Notes: generated by a model not told the origin, from the letters alone. DNA of 64,000 bases from Alphaproteobacteria bacterium (GCA_965243135.1 OZ251539.1:1600001-1664000); one strand, 5' to 3'. Positions 29,568-40,576 are shown, counted from the stretch's first letter. Numbers and translations: made by a program.

Positions 29568-31583
29568 GTGCCGGATTCTGGCTATCCCCATCTCTTCGAA
29601 CCGCTCGATCTGGGCTTTCTGACGCTGAAGAACCGCGTTTTCATGGCCTCGATGCATATGAGATTCGAACTGATGGGGCGGGCCGAGGAACGGGCCGCCG
29701 CGTTCTACGCCGAGAGGGCGAAGGGCGGAGCGGCCTTGATCGTCACCGGAGGCTACGCCCCCAATCCGGCCGGAGTGATGGACGAAGGCGCGCATTACCT
29801 GAACTCGCCGGAACAGGTCCCGGCGCAAACGGTCATACCGGACGCGGTTCACGCCGCGGGCGGCAGGATCGCGCTGCAGATCCTGCATGCGGGGCGCTAC
29901 GCCAAGGTCGAGAATCCGGTCGGGCCGTCGGGCCTGCCGTCGCCGATCAATCCGCGCGAGGTGAGGGCGCTCGCCGCCGAGGAAGTCGAACGGACCGTGG
30001 AGGACTACGTCAACTGCGCCGCGCTGGCGCGGGACGCGGGTTTCGACGGGGTCGAGATCATGGGATCCGAGGGCTATCTGATCACCACGTTCTGCGCGCC
30101 CCGGACCAACGACCGGACGGACGAGTGGGGCGGCTCGTTCGAAAACCGCATCCGTTTTCCGGTGGAAATCGTGCGGCGGACGCGGAAGCGTCTCGGCCCG
30201 GAATTCCTCATCCTTTACAGGATCTCGGCGCTCGACCTGGTGGAGGGCGGTCTTACCGGTTCCGAAACCGAAGAACTCGCGCGCGAAATCGAGAGGGCGG
30301 GGGCCGACGTTCTGACCACGGGAATCGGCTGGCACGAAGCGCGCGTTCCGACGATCGCGCATATGGTGCCGCGAGCCGGGTGGCGCCACGCCGCGCGCCG
30401 GATAAAGCGGGCGGTCGGCATACCCGTCGCGGCGACCAACCGCATCACCACTCCGGAAGTGGCGGAAGCGGTGATTGCCGGCGGAGACGCCGACATCGTG
30501 GCGCTCGGGCGCCAGATGCTGGCGGATCCCCACTTCGCCGCGAAGGCGAAGGCGGGAAAGGCGGCGGCGATCAATACCTGCATCGGGTGCAATCAAGCCT
30601 GTCTGGACTACATATTCGCGGACAGGGCGTCCACCTGTCTCGTCAATCCGTTCGCCGGCCGCGAACTCGATCTGGCGATCCGGCCGGCCGAGAAGCCGCT
30701 CGAACTGGCGGTCGTCGGCGCGGGACCGGCCGGAATGTCGGCGGCGCTGACCGCTGCGGAACGCGGACACAGGGTCACGCTGTTCGAGGCGGCGCCGGAA
30801 ATCGGCGGCCAGTTCAATCTGGCGAAGATGGTTCCCGGCAAGGAAGACTTCGCGGACTCGATCAGATACTTCGCGACGCGCCTGGCGGAGGAGGGCGCGG
30901 ACGTACGAACCGGCGTCGCGGCGTCGGCGCAGGCGCTCGAGGGCTTCGACCACGTAATCGTCGCGACGGGCGTAACGCCGAGAAAACTGGATATCGAAGG
31001 CGCCGACCGCGACAACGTCGTGTCGTACGTCGACGCGTTGTCGGGCCGCGCGCGGCTGGGAGACCGGGTGGCGATCGTCGGATCGGGCGGAATCGGTTTC
31101 GACATGGCCGTTTTTCTCGCTTCTCCGCCCGGGCCGACCCGGATCGACGAGTTTCTGGATCGGTGGGGCGTCGATGTCGCTCACGAAACGCCGGGAGGCG
31201 TCGGAAAGCCGTCGCCCGGCGTTTCCAGGCGCTCCGTCGTGATGTTGCAGCGGTCGACCGCCCGACCGGGAAGCACCCTCGGCCTGACCACCGGTTGGGC
31301 GCTGCGCGCGGAATTGCGGTCCTTGGGGGTGAAGAATCTCGCGGGCGTCGCTTATCGGAAAATCGACGATCATGGGCTGCATGTCGCCATCGACGGGGAA
31401 GACCGCCTTGTCGAAGCCGACAGCGTCGTCGTATGCGCCGGCCAGGAAGAGAAGCGCGGACTGTACGAGCAACTTCGCGAAATGGGCGTGCCGACCACGG
31501 TTATCGGCGGCGCCGCAGAAGCCGCGGGGCTGGACGCGCTGAAGGCTATTCGGCAAGGAACGGAAACCGCGCTCGCCATCTGA
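29568..31583 (+). CDS. fadH: NADPH-dependent 2,4-dienoyl-CoA reductase
   Basis: QILHAGRY, EIMGSEGYL, GIGWHEARVPTI, CIGCNQACLD, GAGPAG. Confidence 0.92.
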   Translation: MPDSGYPHLFEPLDLGFLTLKNRVFMASMHMRFELMGRAEERAAAFYAERAKGGAALIVTGGYAPNPAGVMDEGAHYLNSPEQVPAQTVIPDAVHAAGGRIALQILHAGRYAKVENPVGPSGLPSPINPREVRALAAEEVERTVEDYVNCAALARDAGFDGVEIMGSEGYLITTFCAPRTNDRTDEWGGSFENRIRFPVEIVRRTRKRLGPEFLILYRISALDLVEGGLTGSETEELAREIERAGADVLTTGIGWHEARVPTIAHMVPRAGWRHAARRIKRAVGIPVAATNRITTPEVAEAVIAGGDADIVALGRQMLADPHFAAKAKAGKAAAINTCIGCNQACLDYIFADRASTCLVNPFAGRELDLAIRPAEKPLELAVVGAGPAGMSAALTAAERGHRVTLFEAAPEIGGQFNLAKMVPGKEDFADSIRYFATRLAEEGADVRTGVAASAQALEGFDHVIVATGVTPRKLDIEGADRDNVVSYVDALSGRARLGDRVAIVGSGGIGFDMAVFLASPPGPTRIDEFLDRWGVDVAHETPGGVGKPSPGVSRRSVVMLQRSTARPGSTLGLTTGWALRAELRSLGVKNLAGVAYRKIDDHGLHVAIDGEDRLVEADSVVVCAGQEEKRGLYEQLREMGVPTTVIGGAAEAAGLDALKAIRQGTETALAI

Positions 31584-31800
31584 CGCGGCGCGAACTCGGG
31601 AATTCAGAAGCAGACCCGCCCGTCAGGCGGTCGCAGTCGTTTCGAGGCGCCTGCTCGGCGATGAGCGCCGCGGCTGCGATGGCCGCGTCGCCGCCTCCGT
31701 TCTCCACGCCGTCGCCGCGTTCGGTTCGGGCCTCGCGCCGTTCCGCGTTCTTTGCGCCCGAAAAATCCGCTCCGGCGACGCGCGGACTCATGCCTGCGCT

Positions 31801-32325
31801 TTACCGGCGAAACCTTAAAGCCAGTTGGTCATTCGAGGCTCGGCCGGCAAGTTGCAGAATCAGGTCGAAGGCTTTCAGTACTGAGGCCCGCCTGACGGCC
31901 GCTCGATCGCCGGGGAAACTGCAGCATTCGTGGACGCTATCGCCGTTCTTGGCGGCGGCTGCCACGTGGACCAGGCCCGCCGGTTTGGATTCGCTCGCGC
32001 CCGGTCCGGCGACGCCGGTCACGGCCACCGAGATGTTCGCGTCGGACCGCAAGAGTCCGCCTGCCGCCATTGCCCTCGCGACTTCCTCGCTGACGGCGCC
32101 GACAGTCTCCAGCGTCTTCACGGGCACGCCGACCATTTCGGATTTCGCCCGGTCCGTGTAGGTGACGAAGCTGCGGTCGACCACGTCGGAGGAGCCCGGG
32201 ACGGCGGTCAGCGCGCCGGTCACGAGGCCGCCGGTGCAGGATTCGACCGCGACCAGCATAAGGCCCGCTTCCCGGCAGGTTTGCAGCACGGAGGCGGCGG
32301 CGTCGAAAAGTTCCTGGTCGTTCAT
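31801..32325 (-). CDS. cinA: CinA/PncC family nicotinamide-nucleotide amidohydrolase
   Basis: ESCTGG, VPGSS, GAVSEEVARAMA, VTGVAGPG. Confidence 0.9.
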   Translation of the reverse strand: MNDQELFDAAASVLQTCREAGLMLVAVESCTGGLVTGALTAVPGSSDVVDRSFVTYTDRAKSEMVGVPVKTLETVGAVSEEVARAMAAGGLLRSDANISVAVTGVAGPGASESKPAGLVHVAAAAKNGDSVHECCSFPGDRAAVRRASVLKAFDLILQLAGRASNDQLALRFRR

Positions 32326-32813
32326 CTTGCTTCCACGATGCGGGCGGCGACGAGCGCGCAGAGAACCCACAGGCCGGCGAACATGTCGTCCGCCATGACG
32401 CCCGCAGCGCCCTTGAGTTTTCGGTCGGCCCACGAGGCGGGCCACGGTTTCAATATATCGGCCGCCCGAAACAGAATGAAGCCGGCGGCGTACCACCACA
32501 GGCTCGTCGGAGCGGCGGCGAGGGCGAGAAACTGACCGGCCGCCTCGTCGACCACGATGGCGCCGGGGTCCTTCTCCGCGGATCGCTTCAAAAACCGCGC
32601 CGACGACCACAGGCCGAGCGCGAAGACGGCGAGGGAGGCGGCGATCAGCCAGGCGTTGCCGAAGGCGGAAGCGATCAGCCAGGCGAAAGGAAGGGCGGCG
32701 AGAGACCCCCAGGTTCCCGGAGCCAGAGGCAGCAGGCCGCAACCGCCCAGGGTGGAGATCCATGCCGCGGGATCGCGAAACCGCAGCCCGTTCGGCAAAC
32801 GTCCGAAGGTCAC
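32322..32813 (-). CDS. pgpA: Phosphatidylglycerophosphatase A
   Basis: APGTWGSL, DPGAIVVDE, FRAADILKPWP, GVMADD; GTGA overlap with ispDF. Confidence 0.9.
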   Translation of the reverse strand: MTFGRLPNGLRFRDPAAWISTLGGCGLLPLAPGTWGSLAALPFAWLIASAFGNAWLIAASLAVFALGLWSSARFLKRSAEKDPGAIVVDEAAGQFLALAAAPTSLWWYAAGFILFRAADILKPWPASWADRKLKGAAGVMADDMFAGLWVLCALVAARIVEAR

Positions 32814-33970
32814 GAAGATCTGGGGATGCGAACGGCCGCGGTCGCCTGCGCCGCGATGCCCTCGCCGCGCCCGGCGAAGCCGAGCCGCTCGGTGGTCGTC
32901 GCCTTCACGCCGACGCGGTCGACGTCGATGGCCAGCGAGGCGGCGAGGGCCCGGCGCATGAATTCGCGATACGGAGCGATTTTCGGGGTCTCGCAGATGA
33001 TCGTCACGTCGACGTTGACGATCGTTCCGCCTTTCCGCTCGATCAATTCCGCCGCGTGGCGCAAAAAGATGTTCGAGGAGACCCCGCGCCAACGTTCCTC
33101 GGACGGCGGGAAACGGGAGCCGATGTCGTCGTCGGCGACCGCGCCGAGCAATGCGTCCGTGATCGCGTGGGAGGCCGCGTCGCCGTCGGAATGCCCCTGG
33201 AGTCCGCGGTCGTGCGGGACCGCGATTCCGCAAAGGGTGACGTGGTCGCCGTTGCCGAAGGCATGGACGTCGAAGCCGTTTCCGATCCTGATGTCGTCCG
33301 TCGGCATGATCCGCTCCGCGAGCGCGAGGTCGTCGCGCGTCGTGATTTTGAAATTGTATACGCTGCCCGCCACCAGGGCGACCTCCAGTCCCGCGCGCTC
33401 GGCGACCGCCGCGTCGTCGGTCAGGTCGATTCCGGCGGCGTCGCGATGCGCCGCGAGCAAATCGGCGAAACGGAAGCCTTGCGGGGTTTGCGCGCGCCGC
33501 AGATTCGCCCGGGGCATCGTGCCGACGACCCTGGACGGGTCGCCGTCGGCGCGCTTCAGCGTATCGTCGATCGCCAGCGCGGGCAGGGCGGCTGGCGCGG
33601 TCTCCAGCGCGTCGACGATCCGGTCAATGATCGGGCGATCGACGAACGGCCTCGCGGCGTCGTGAATAAGCACCAGATCCGGAGGATCGCCCGCCAGGCT
33701 TTCAAGTCCCGCAAGCGCGGATTTCTGCCGGGTCGGGCCGCCCGCGACCGGTTCGGACACCGGAAGGCCGTTCGTCGCTGCGGCGTAGCGCTCCATGTCG
33801 TCGGCGGCGACCACCGCCCGGACCGAATCGATTCGGGGATGTTGGCAGAAGGTTTCCATCGCGCGCCGCAGTATCGGCTTGCCGGCGACAAGTTCGTATT
33901 GTTTGGGAACGTTGCCGCCGAAACGCGTTCCGGCGCCCCCTGCGAGTATCAAGGCGGCGCAGCGAATCAT
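32810..33970 (-). CDS. ispDF: Bifunctional IspD/IspF
   Basis: LAGGAGTRFG, HDAARP, QTPQGF, GNGFDVH, HSDGD, KATTTERLG. Confidence 0.96.
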   Translation of the reverse strand: MIRCAALILAGGAGTRFGGNVPKQYELVAGKPILRRAMETFCQHPRIDSVRAVVAADDMERYAAATNGLPVSEPVAGGPTRQKSALAGLESLAGDPPDLVLIHDAARPFVDRPIIDRIVDALETAPAALPALAIDDTLKRADGDPSRVVGTMPRANLRRAQTPQGFRFADLLAAHRDAAGIDLTDDAAVAERAGLEVALVAGSVYNFKITTRDDLALAERIMPTDDIRIGNGFDVHAFGNGDHVTLCGIAVPHDRGLQGHSDGDAASHAITDALLGAVADDDIGSRFPPSEERWRGVSSNIFLRHAAELIERKGGTIVNVDVTIICETPKIAPYREFMRRALAASLAIDVDRVGVKATTTERLGFAGRGEGIAAQATAAVRIPRSS

Positions 33971-34232
33971 GCGTTCGCCGCCGTTCGCCGTTCCGGACGC
34001 GGCGGGCGAGGGCGGCAGGATGCCGCGCCGCGCCTGGTCTGCGTCCTGGTTCTTCCCCGGCGCTCGCGGACGCCCGGGCCTTCGCTTGCCGCTCCCCGCC
34101 GCGTCATGCTTTTCCCTCGGTTCCCTTGATCGTCTTTTATGACCATCGCGAACCGACCGCAAGACGGAGACGCATTTTGCGAGAACGCGCTCGCCTTGCC
34201 GGGCGGGCCGAGAAGGCGAACCTCCTCCGAGG

Positions 34233-34284
34233 TTGACGCTGCCCATAAAATAGTCATGATTGGACGATGCACATCAAATGGTCA
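34233..34284 (+). promoter_or_regulatory. Putative ntrBC promoter with two NtrC-type boxes
   Basis: TTGACG-N16-CATGAT overlapped by TGCCC-N7-AGTCA (34240-34256); second box TGCAC-N7-GGTCA (34268-34284); consensus TGCAC-N7-GTGCA. Confidence 0.7.
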
Positions 34285-34511
34285 GCTTCCGCAGGCGCTC
34301 GATGCCTTGCCGTGCTTCGAAAGGGCGCGCGAACGTTCCGCATGATCCTGGAACGTTTTTCCGATGCATCGATTCTGGGCGGACCGGGAGGTGCGGCGGG
34401 ATTTGAACGGCCTCTGCGGATTCGTCGTAAAACAACTTTTTTTATTAACGTATTATGCGTTTTTTCTAATGTTTCGGATAAATTCTTCGCAGTTCCGGGC
34501 GACGCTCGCGC

Positions 34512-35600
34512 ATGACGATCTCCGGCCCGCCGGTCGATGCTCTGCACGCCCTGTCCGCGCTTCCGTTCTCGGTTTTCGTCCTTGACGGCGACTGCAGGAT
34601 CGGATACGTCAACGGAGCTGCCGAACAGTTCTTCGGCCAGGGCGCGAAAGGTCTGGCCGGCCGCAGGCTCGACGCTCTGTTTCCCGAGTCCAGCCCGCTC
34701 TTCACGCTGATCCTTCAGGCCGTGGCCGGGCGAACGAGCGTCTCCGAACACGATGTCGCGATGACCTGTCCCGACGGCGGCGAGCGGCAGCTGGCGGTTA
34801 CCGTATCGCCGATGGCGGAGGAGGCGGGCATGGCGGTCGTTTCGCTTCGCGAACAATCGATCGCGCGGCGTATTCAGACGCTTCATCGCGACGGGGCCAG
34901 ATCCGTCGCCGGGCTCGCTTCGCTGCTCGCCCACGAGGTGAAGAACCCGTTGTCCGGCATCCGCGGCGCGGCGCAGCTGCTCGAAGAGACGCTCGACGAC
35001 GAGGAGGATCGGAGCCTGACGCGCATGATTTGCGAGGAAACCGACAGAATCTGCGCGCTCGTCGACCGAATCGGGCCTTTTTCGGAACGGCCGCGGCTCC
35101 GAACCGCGGTCAACATCCACTGGGTGCTCGAACGCGTGCGCCGCGTCGCCGAGGCCGGCTTCGGCCGCCGCGCCCGCTTCGTCGAGGAATACGATCCGTC
35201 GCTTCCGGCGGTCTGCGGCGACGGCGACCAGCTTATTCAGGTTTTTCTCAACGTCGTGAAGAACGCCTGCGAAGCGGCCGCCCCGCGACGCCCGGAAATC
35301 ACGCTGAAAACCGCCTACCGCGGCAGCATCCGGCTGGCTCTGCCGGGGGGCGCGCGACGGGTGCAGTTGCCGCTCGAGGTCTCGGTGGCCGACAACGGAG
35401 GCGGCGTTCCGGAGGATGTCGCGGCGCACGTTTTCGATCCCTTCGTCACCTCCAAGCCCGACGGATCGGGCCTCGGCCTCGCGCTCGTGGCCAAAATCGT
35501 CGGCGACCACGGCGGAATCGTCGAATTCGACTCCCGAAGCGAAGGAAGCGAGTTCCGGATCAGGCTGCCGATCTACGCCGAGGGAGAAGACGCGCCATGA
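34512..35600 (+). CDS. ntrB: Nitrogen regulation sensor kinase NtrB
   Basis: PAS domain, [33 protein letters not shown]. Confidence 0.95.
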   Translation: MTISGPPVDALHALSALPFSVFVLDGDCRIGYVNGAAEQFFGQGAKGLAGRRLDALFPESSPLFTLILQAVAGRTSVSEHDVAMTCPDGGERQLAVTVSPMAEEAGMAVVSLREQSIARRIQTLHRDGARSVAGLASLLAHEVKNPLSGIRGAAQLLEETLDDEEDRSLTRMICEETDRICALVDRIGPFSERPRLRTAVNIHWVLERVRRVAEAGFGRRARFVEEYDPSLPAVCGDGDQLIQVFLNVVKNACEAAAPRRPEITLKTAYRGSIRLALPGGARRVQLPLEVSVADNGGGVPEDVAAHVFDPFVTSKPDGSGLGLALVAKIVGDHGGIVEFDSRSEGSEFRIRLPIYAEGEDAP

Positions 35601-37006
35601 CCGCGACGATACTCGTGGCGGACGATGACCGCGCCGTGCGCGCGGTGCTCGAAAGGGCGCTCGGCCGCCAGGGCTTCGACGTCCGGTCGACCGGCAACGG
35701 CAGCGCGCTGTGGTCCTGGATCGAGAACGGCGAAGGCGACGTCGTAATCGCCGACGTCGTCATGCCGGGCGAGAACGGCCTCGATCTCGTTTCCCGCGCT
35801 CGCGAGGTGAGGCCGGATCTCAAGATCGTCCTGATGAGCGCTCAGAATACGCTCCTTACCGCGGTCAGGGCCAACGAGCGCGGCGCTTGGGAGTATCTTC
35901 CCAAGCCGTTCGATCTCGCCGAGGTCGTCGGAGTCGTCAGGCGCGCGCTGTCAAATCGGGTCGAGGCCGCGCCGCTCGCGAAGATCGACGCCGCGGAGCG
36001 GTTGCCGCTGATCGGGCGGTCGCCCGCGATGCAGAACATCTACCGCACGTTGGCGCGGCTGATGGCGACCGACCTTACGGTGATGCTCGCCGGCGAGTCG
36101 GGCACCGGCAAGGAATTGGCTGCGAAAGCGCTCCACGATTACGGCAAACGGCGCAACGGACCGTTCGTGGCCATCAACATGGCGGCCATACCGCGCGAAC
36201 TGATCGAGGCGGAACTGTTCGGCCACGAACGCGGCGCCTTCACGGGCGCCACCGCTCGCGGGGTCGGGCGCTTCGAACAGGCGCAGCGGGGCACGCTGTT
36301 CCTCGACGAGATCGGCGATATGCCGCTCGAAGCGCAAACGCGCCTCCTGCGCGTGCTTCAAGACGGCGAATTCACGACGGTCGGCGGACGCAGGCCGATG
36401 AAGGCGGATGTCCGCATCGTGGCCGCCACCCACCGCGACCTGGGAAGGCTGGCGAACCAGGGGGCGTTCCGCGAGGATCTGTTCTACCGGCTCAACGTGG
36501 TTCCGGTTCGGCTGCCGCCGCTCAGGGAGCGCGTCGAGGACATCCCCGAACTGGTCAAGCACTTTTTCGCGCGCTGCGCCGAAGAGGGATTGCCGTTCAG
36601 GTCGCTGGACCAGAGCGCCATCGATGCGCTCATGGCGCACGACTGGCCGGGAAACGTGCGCGAACTCGAGAACCTCGTCCGCCGGCTCGCCGCCCTCAGC
36701 GTGGAGAACATCGTTTCCGGCGATGCCGTCCGGGCGGAACTCGGTCTGGCGCAGGCGCTTCCGGCCGGCGACGAGACGCTGGCCGAGGCCGTCGAACGGC
36801 ATCTGGAGAAGGACTTCGCTTCCGGCCTCCCGGCCGCCGGTCTGTACAACAGGGTCCTGCGCCAGATGGAACGGCCGCTCGTGACGTTGACGCTCGCCGC
36901 GACGCGCGGCAATCAGATCAGGGCCGCCGAGATTCTGGGCCTCAACCGCAACACGCTGAGAAAGAAGATTCGCGATCTCGACATCGAAGTGACGCGGGGA
37001 AACTGA
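35597..37006 (+). CDS. ntrC: Nitrogen regulation response regulator NtrC
   Basis: Receiver domain, [41 protein letters not shown]. Confidence 0.96.
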   Translation: MTATILVADDDRAVRAVLERALGRQGFDVRSTGNGSALWSWIENGEGDVVIADVVMPGENGLDLVSRAREVRPDLKIVLMSAQNTLLTAVRANERGAWEYLPKPFDLAEVVGVVRRALSNRVEAAPLAKIDAAERLPLIGRSPAMQNIYRTLARLMATDLTVMLAGESGTGKELAAKALHDYGKRRNGPFVAINMAAIPRELIEAELFGHERGAFTGATARGVGRFEQAQRGTLFLDEIGDMPLEAQTRLLRVLQDGEFTTVGGRRPMKADVRIVAATHRDLGRLANQGAFREDLFYRLNVVPVRLPPLRERVEDIPELVKHFFARCAEEGLPFRSLDQSAIDALMAHDWPGNVRELENLVRRLAALSVENIVSGDAVRAELGLAQALPAGDETLAEAVERHLEKDFASGLPAAGLYNRVLRQMERPLVTLTLAATRGNQIRAAEILGLNRNTLRKKIRDLDIEVTRGN

Positions 37007-37007
37007 C

Positions 37008-39197
37008 GTGAGCGCCGCGGGAGATTCAGCGAGACGGGCCGCCGGACGGTTCCTCGGACTGGCGCGCCGGACCGGCCGGATTCTGGCGGCGGCGCTGACC
37101 GCCGCGGCGTTCGGCTTCGCGATCGCGACCTACGTCGCGATCACCGGCGGATCCTCCATGGCCGACAACGCCCGGCTCGTGCTCGTCCTGCTCCAGATCG
37201 ACCTCGCGCTCTTCCTGCTGCTCTGCATCGTCGTCGCCCGGCATCTCGTCGGTTTGTGGCTGGAGCGCCGCCGAGGGGAGCTGGGCGCGCGCCTCCAGTC
37301 GCGCCTCGTCGTCCTGTTCAGCCTGATCGCCGTCGCGCCGGCGATCGTCGTGTCGGCCTTTTCCGCGGTGTTCTTCAACTTCGGGCTCGAAACCTGGTTC
37401 AGCGAACGCGTGCGCACCGCCGTCACCGAGTCCTCCGCGGTCGCGGAGGCGTATCTGAACGAGCATCTGCAGGTCATCCGGGGCGATATCCTGTCGATGG
37501 CCCGCGACCTCGACCGGTCGGCGGCGCTGCTCCACGACAATCCCCGGCGGTTCTCGAGGATCGTCGCCGCCCAGGGAGTGGTTCGCAACCTGAGCGAGGC
37601 CTACGTCCTCGACGGCACGGGCCACGCGCTCGCCAGCTGGAGTCTCGGCTTCGTGCTCGAACGCTCGCCCGCGCCGCTCGACGCGCTGGACCGGGCTCGC
37701 GAAGGCGAGGTCATTCTGCTCACCAGCGAGAGGGACGACAGGGTGCGCGCGGTCATGAAGCTCGACCGCATCGTCGACGCGTTTCTCTACGTGGGGCGCT
37801 ACGTCGAACCCAACGTCCTCGAGCATATCGAAAAGACCAGGCGCGTGGTGGACGAGTACAAGGACATCCGCCAGCGGCGCTCGACGATCGAGATCACCTT
37901 TGCGATGATCTACATCGTAGTCGGGCTGCTTCTGGTCTTCATAGCGATTTGGGTCGGACTCGTGTTCGCGAACCGCATGTCGCAACCGATCTCGCAACTC
38001 GCCTCGGTGGCGGAGCGCGTCCGGGGAGGCGACCTGTCCGCGCGCGTGCCCGAGGAGCGCGGCGCGGACGAACTGGGACTCCTCGCCCGCGCCTTCAACC
38101 GCATGACCAGCCAGCTCGAAGGGCAGCGGCAGGAGCTCGTCGACGCCAACCGGCAACTCGACGAACGGCGCCACTTCATCGAAACCGTGCTCTCGGGCGT
38201 GTCGGCCGGCGTCATCGGCCTCGACGGCAACGGCCGCATCAACCTCGCGAACCGCTCCGCTTCGGAACTGACCGGGATCGATCTCGAAGGCCGGATCGGC
38301 AGCGACATCCGCGAACTGGTGCCGGAAACGGACGGCATGCTTCGAAAGGCGGGCGCCAACGCCGGCCGTCCGCTCGAAAAGGAGATCCTTTGGGGAAAGC
38401 GCGAACGGACTCTGCTGGTGCGGCTGACTTCGGAAGTCGTGGACGACCGCGTGTCCGGATTCGTCGTGACCTTCGACGACATCACGGAACTCGTCGCCGC
38501 CCAGCGAAAGGCGGCGTGGTCCGACGCCGCCCGCCGCATAGCCCACGAAATCAAGAACCCGCTCACGCCGATCCAGCTCTCGGCGGAACGCCTGCGGCGC
38601 AAGTACCTCTCCGAAGTGACCTCGGACCCCGACACCTTCTCGAACTGCATCGATACGATCGTCCGCAGGGTGGGCGACATCGGCCACATGGTGAACGAGT
38701 TCTCGTCCTTCGCGAAATTGCCCGATCCGGAAATCCGCGCCGAGGACATCGCGTCGATCTGCCGCGACGCGCTGGTCCTGCCTCGCAACGCCCATCGGGA
38801 GATCGAATTCGAGGTCGATTTTCCGGACGGTCCCCTCGAGATTCCCTGCGATCGGCGGCAGATGTCCCAGGTGCTCACGAATTTGATCCAGAACGCCGTG
38901 GACGCGACGCGCGACGCATCGCCCGCGCGGCCGCGCGTCGAGGCGTCGCTGCGGTGGCGCGGCGACGCGGTGGTGCTGCAGATTTCGGACAACGGAACGG
39001 GGCTTCCGGCGATGGATCGGGAACGGCTGACGGAACCCTACGTGACGACCCGGGCGCGGGGGACCGGTCTCGGCCTCGCCATCGTCAAGAAGATTCTGGA
39101 GGATCATCACGCCCGGCTCGAGCTCGAGGACCGCGCCGGAGGCGGCGCGACGGCGCGCGTGGTTCTGCCCGCCAGCTTGCCGGAAGAAGCCCGATGA
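37008..39197 (+). CDS. ntrY: Sensor histidine kinase NtrY
   Basis: TM segments, HAMP, PAS, ARRIAHEIKNPLTPIQLSAERL. Confidence 0.93.
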   Translation: MSAAGDSARRAAGRFLGLARRTGRILAAALTAAAFGFAIATYVAITGGSSMADNARLVLVLLQIDLALFLLLCIVVARHLVGLWLERRRGELGARLQSRLVVLFSLIAVAPAIVVSAFSAVFFNFGLETWFSERVRTAVTESSAVAEAYLNEHLQVIRGDILSMARDLDRSAALLHDNPRRFSRIVAAQGVVRNLSEAYVLDGTGHALASWSLGFVLERSPAPLDALDRAREGEVILLTSERDDRVRAVMKLDRIVDAFLYVGRYVEPNVLEHIEKTRRVVDEYKDIRQRRSTIEITFAMIYIVVGLLLVFIAIWVGLVFANRMSQPISQLASVAERVRGGDLSARVPEERGADELGLLARAFNRMTSQLEGQRQELVDANRQLDERRHFIETVLSGVSAGVIGLDGNGRINLANRSASELTGIDLEGRIGSDIRELVPETDGMLRKAGANAGRPLEKEILWGKRERTLLVRLTSEVVDDRVSGFVVTFDDITELVAAQRKAAWSDAARRIAHEIKNPLTPIQLSAERLRRKYLSEVTSDPDTFSNCIDTIVRRVGDIGHMVNEFSSFAKLPDPEIRAEDIASICRDALVLPRNAHREIEFEVDFPDGPLEIPCDRRQMSQVLTNLIQNAVDATRDASPARPRVEASLRWRGDAVVLQISDNGTGLPAMDRERLTEPYVTTRARGTGLGLAIVKKILEDHHARLELEDRAGGGATARVVLPASLPEEAR

Positions 39198-40576
39198 CCA
39201 CCGACGCGTTGATCGTCGACGACGAAGCGGATATCCGCCGCCTCGTGGCGGACATCCTCAAGGACGAAGGCTATTCTTGCCGCATCGCGGGCGACGCCCG
39301 TTCCGCGATCTCGGCGATCGAGACGAAGCGTCCCGATCTGGTCGTTCTGGACATCTGGCTGGAAGGAAGCGACATGGACGGAATGGCGCTTCTGCAGGAC
39401 ATCCGGCGCCGCTGCTACGGAGCGCCGGTGATTATGATTAGCGGCCACGGCAGCGTGGAAACCGCGGTGGCGGCCATCAAGCTCGGCGCGTACGACTTCA
39501 TCGAGAAGCCGTTCAAGGCCGACCGCCTCGTCGTGACCGCGAACCGGGCGGTGGAGGCCGCCCGGCTGCTGCGCGAAAACACCGAGCTGCGTCGGCGGGC
39601 CGGCGACGCGGCCGAGATCGTCGGCGTATCGGCGCTCATCCGCAGGCTGCGGGCGGCCCTCGACAGGGTGGCGCCGACCGACAGCCGCGTGCTGATCTCC
39701 GGTCCTCCTGGGTCGGGCAAGGAAGTGTTCGCGAGGCAGCTTCACCTGCGGTCGCGGCGCGCCGCGAATCCCTTCGTGGTCGTCAACTGCGCGGCGCTGG
39801 CGCCGGACCGCGTGGAATTCGAGCTGTTCGGGCGCGTGGAGGCGCCCGATACCGCGACCCGCGGCGCCCTCGAACTGGCGCATGGCGGTACGCTGCTGCT
39901 GGACGGCGTCGGCGACATGCCGCTCGAGAGCCAGAGCAAGATCGTCCGCGTTCTGCAGGACCTGACCTTCAACCGGGTGGGCGGGGAGGGCGCCCCGATC
40001 CAGGTCGACGTCCGGGTCATCGCGTCGACCAGCCGCGACATGGAGGAGGAGATGGCCGCCGGCCGGTTCCGCCAGGATTTCTTCTACCGGCTCAACGTCG
40101 TTCCCATCCGGATCCCGCCGCTGCGCGACCGGCGCGAAGACGTGCCGACGCTGATCGAGCACTTCATGGCCGGATCGGCCGCCGCGTCCGGCTTGTCGCC
40201 GCGGCCGGTGTCGGAGGAAGCGATGGCCACCCTTCAGGCTTACGATTGGCCGGGAAACGTGCGCCAGCTGCGGAACGTCGTCGACTGGATCCTGATCATG
40301 GCGCCGGGAGAACCCGACCAGCCGGTGACGGCCGCGGGCCTTCCCCCCGAGGTCGGCGACGGGTCGGCGATCGGCAGTTGGGAGGAGGGCGCCAGGATGA
40401 TATCGCTGCCCCTGCGCGAAGCTCGGGATACCTTCGAGCGCCAGTACCTGCTCGCCCAGATCTCCAGGTTCGGCGGCAACGTGTCCCGCACCGCCGAGTT
40501 CATCGGCATGGAACGGTCGGCGCTGTACCGCAAGCTGAAGCTTCTGGGAGTTCAGGTCGAGGCCCGCGACGGATGA
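39194..40576 (+). CDS. ntrX: Response regulator NtrX
   Basis: LDIWLEGS, MISGHG, GPPGSGKE, no GAFTGA, GNVSRTAEFIGMERSAL. Confidence 0.93.
   Translation: MTTDALIVDDEADIRRLVADILKDEGYSCRIAGDARSAISAIETKRPDLVVLDIWLEGSDMDGMALLQDIRRRCYGAPVIMISGHGSVETAVAAIKLGAYDFIEKPFKADRLVVTANRAVEAARLLRENTELRRRAGDAAEIVGVSALIRRLRAALDRVAPTDSRVLISGPPGSGKEVFARQLHLRSRRAANPFVVVNCAALAPDRVEFELFGRVEAPDTATRGALELAHGGTLLLDGVGDMPLESQSKIVRVLQDLTFNRVGGEGAPIQVDVRVIASTSRDMEEEMAAGRFRQDFFYRLNVVPIRIPPLRDRREDVPTLIEHFMAGSAAASGLSPRPVSEEAMATLQAYDWPGNVRQLRNVVDWILIMAPGEPDQPVTAAGLPPEVGDGSAIGSWEEGARMISLPLREARDTFERQYLLAQISRFGGNVSRTAEFIGMERSALYRKLKLLGVQVEARDG

Noticed and set aside
621-31743. Shared 14-mer GCCTCGCGCCGTTC in two intergenic regions (~621 and ~31730) as a REP/MITE family
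   Set aside because: Short, GC-rich and not extendable; compatible with chance
37256-40576. 1106-aa ORF suggesting an extended NtrX
   Set aside because: The Arg/Pro-rich N-terminal part is an alternative frame of ntrY; the real start is ATG 39194
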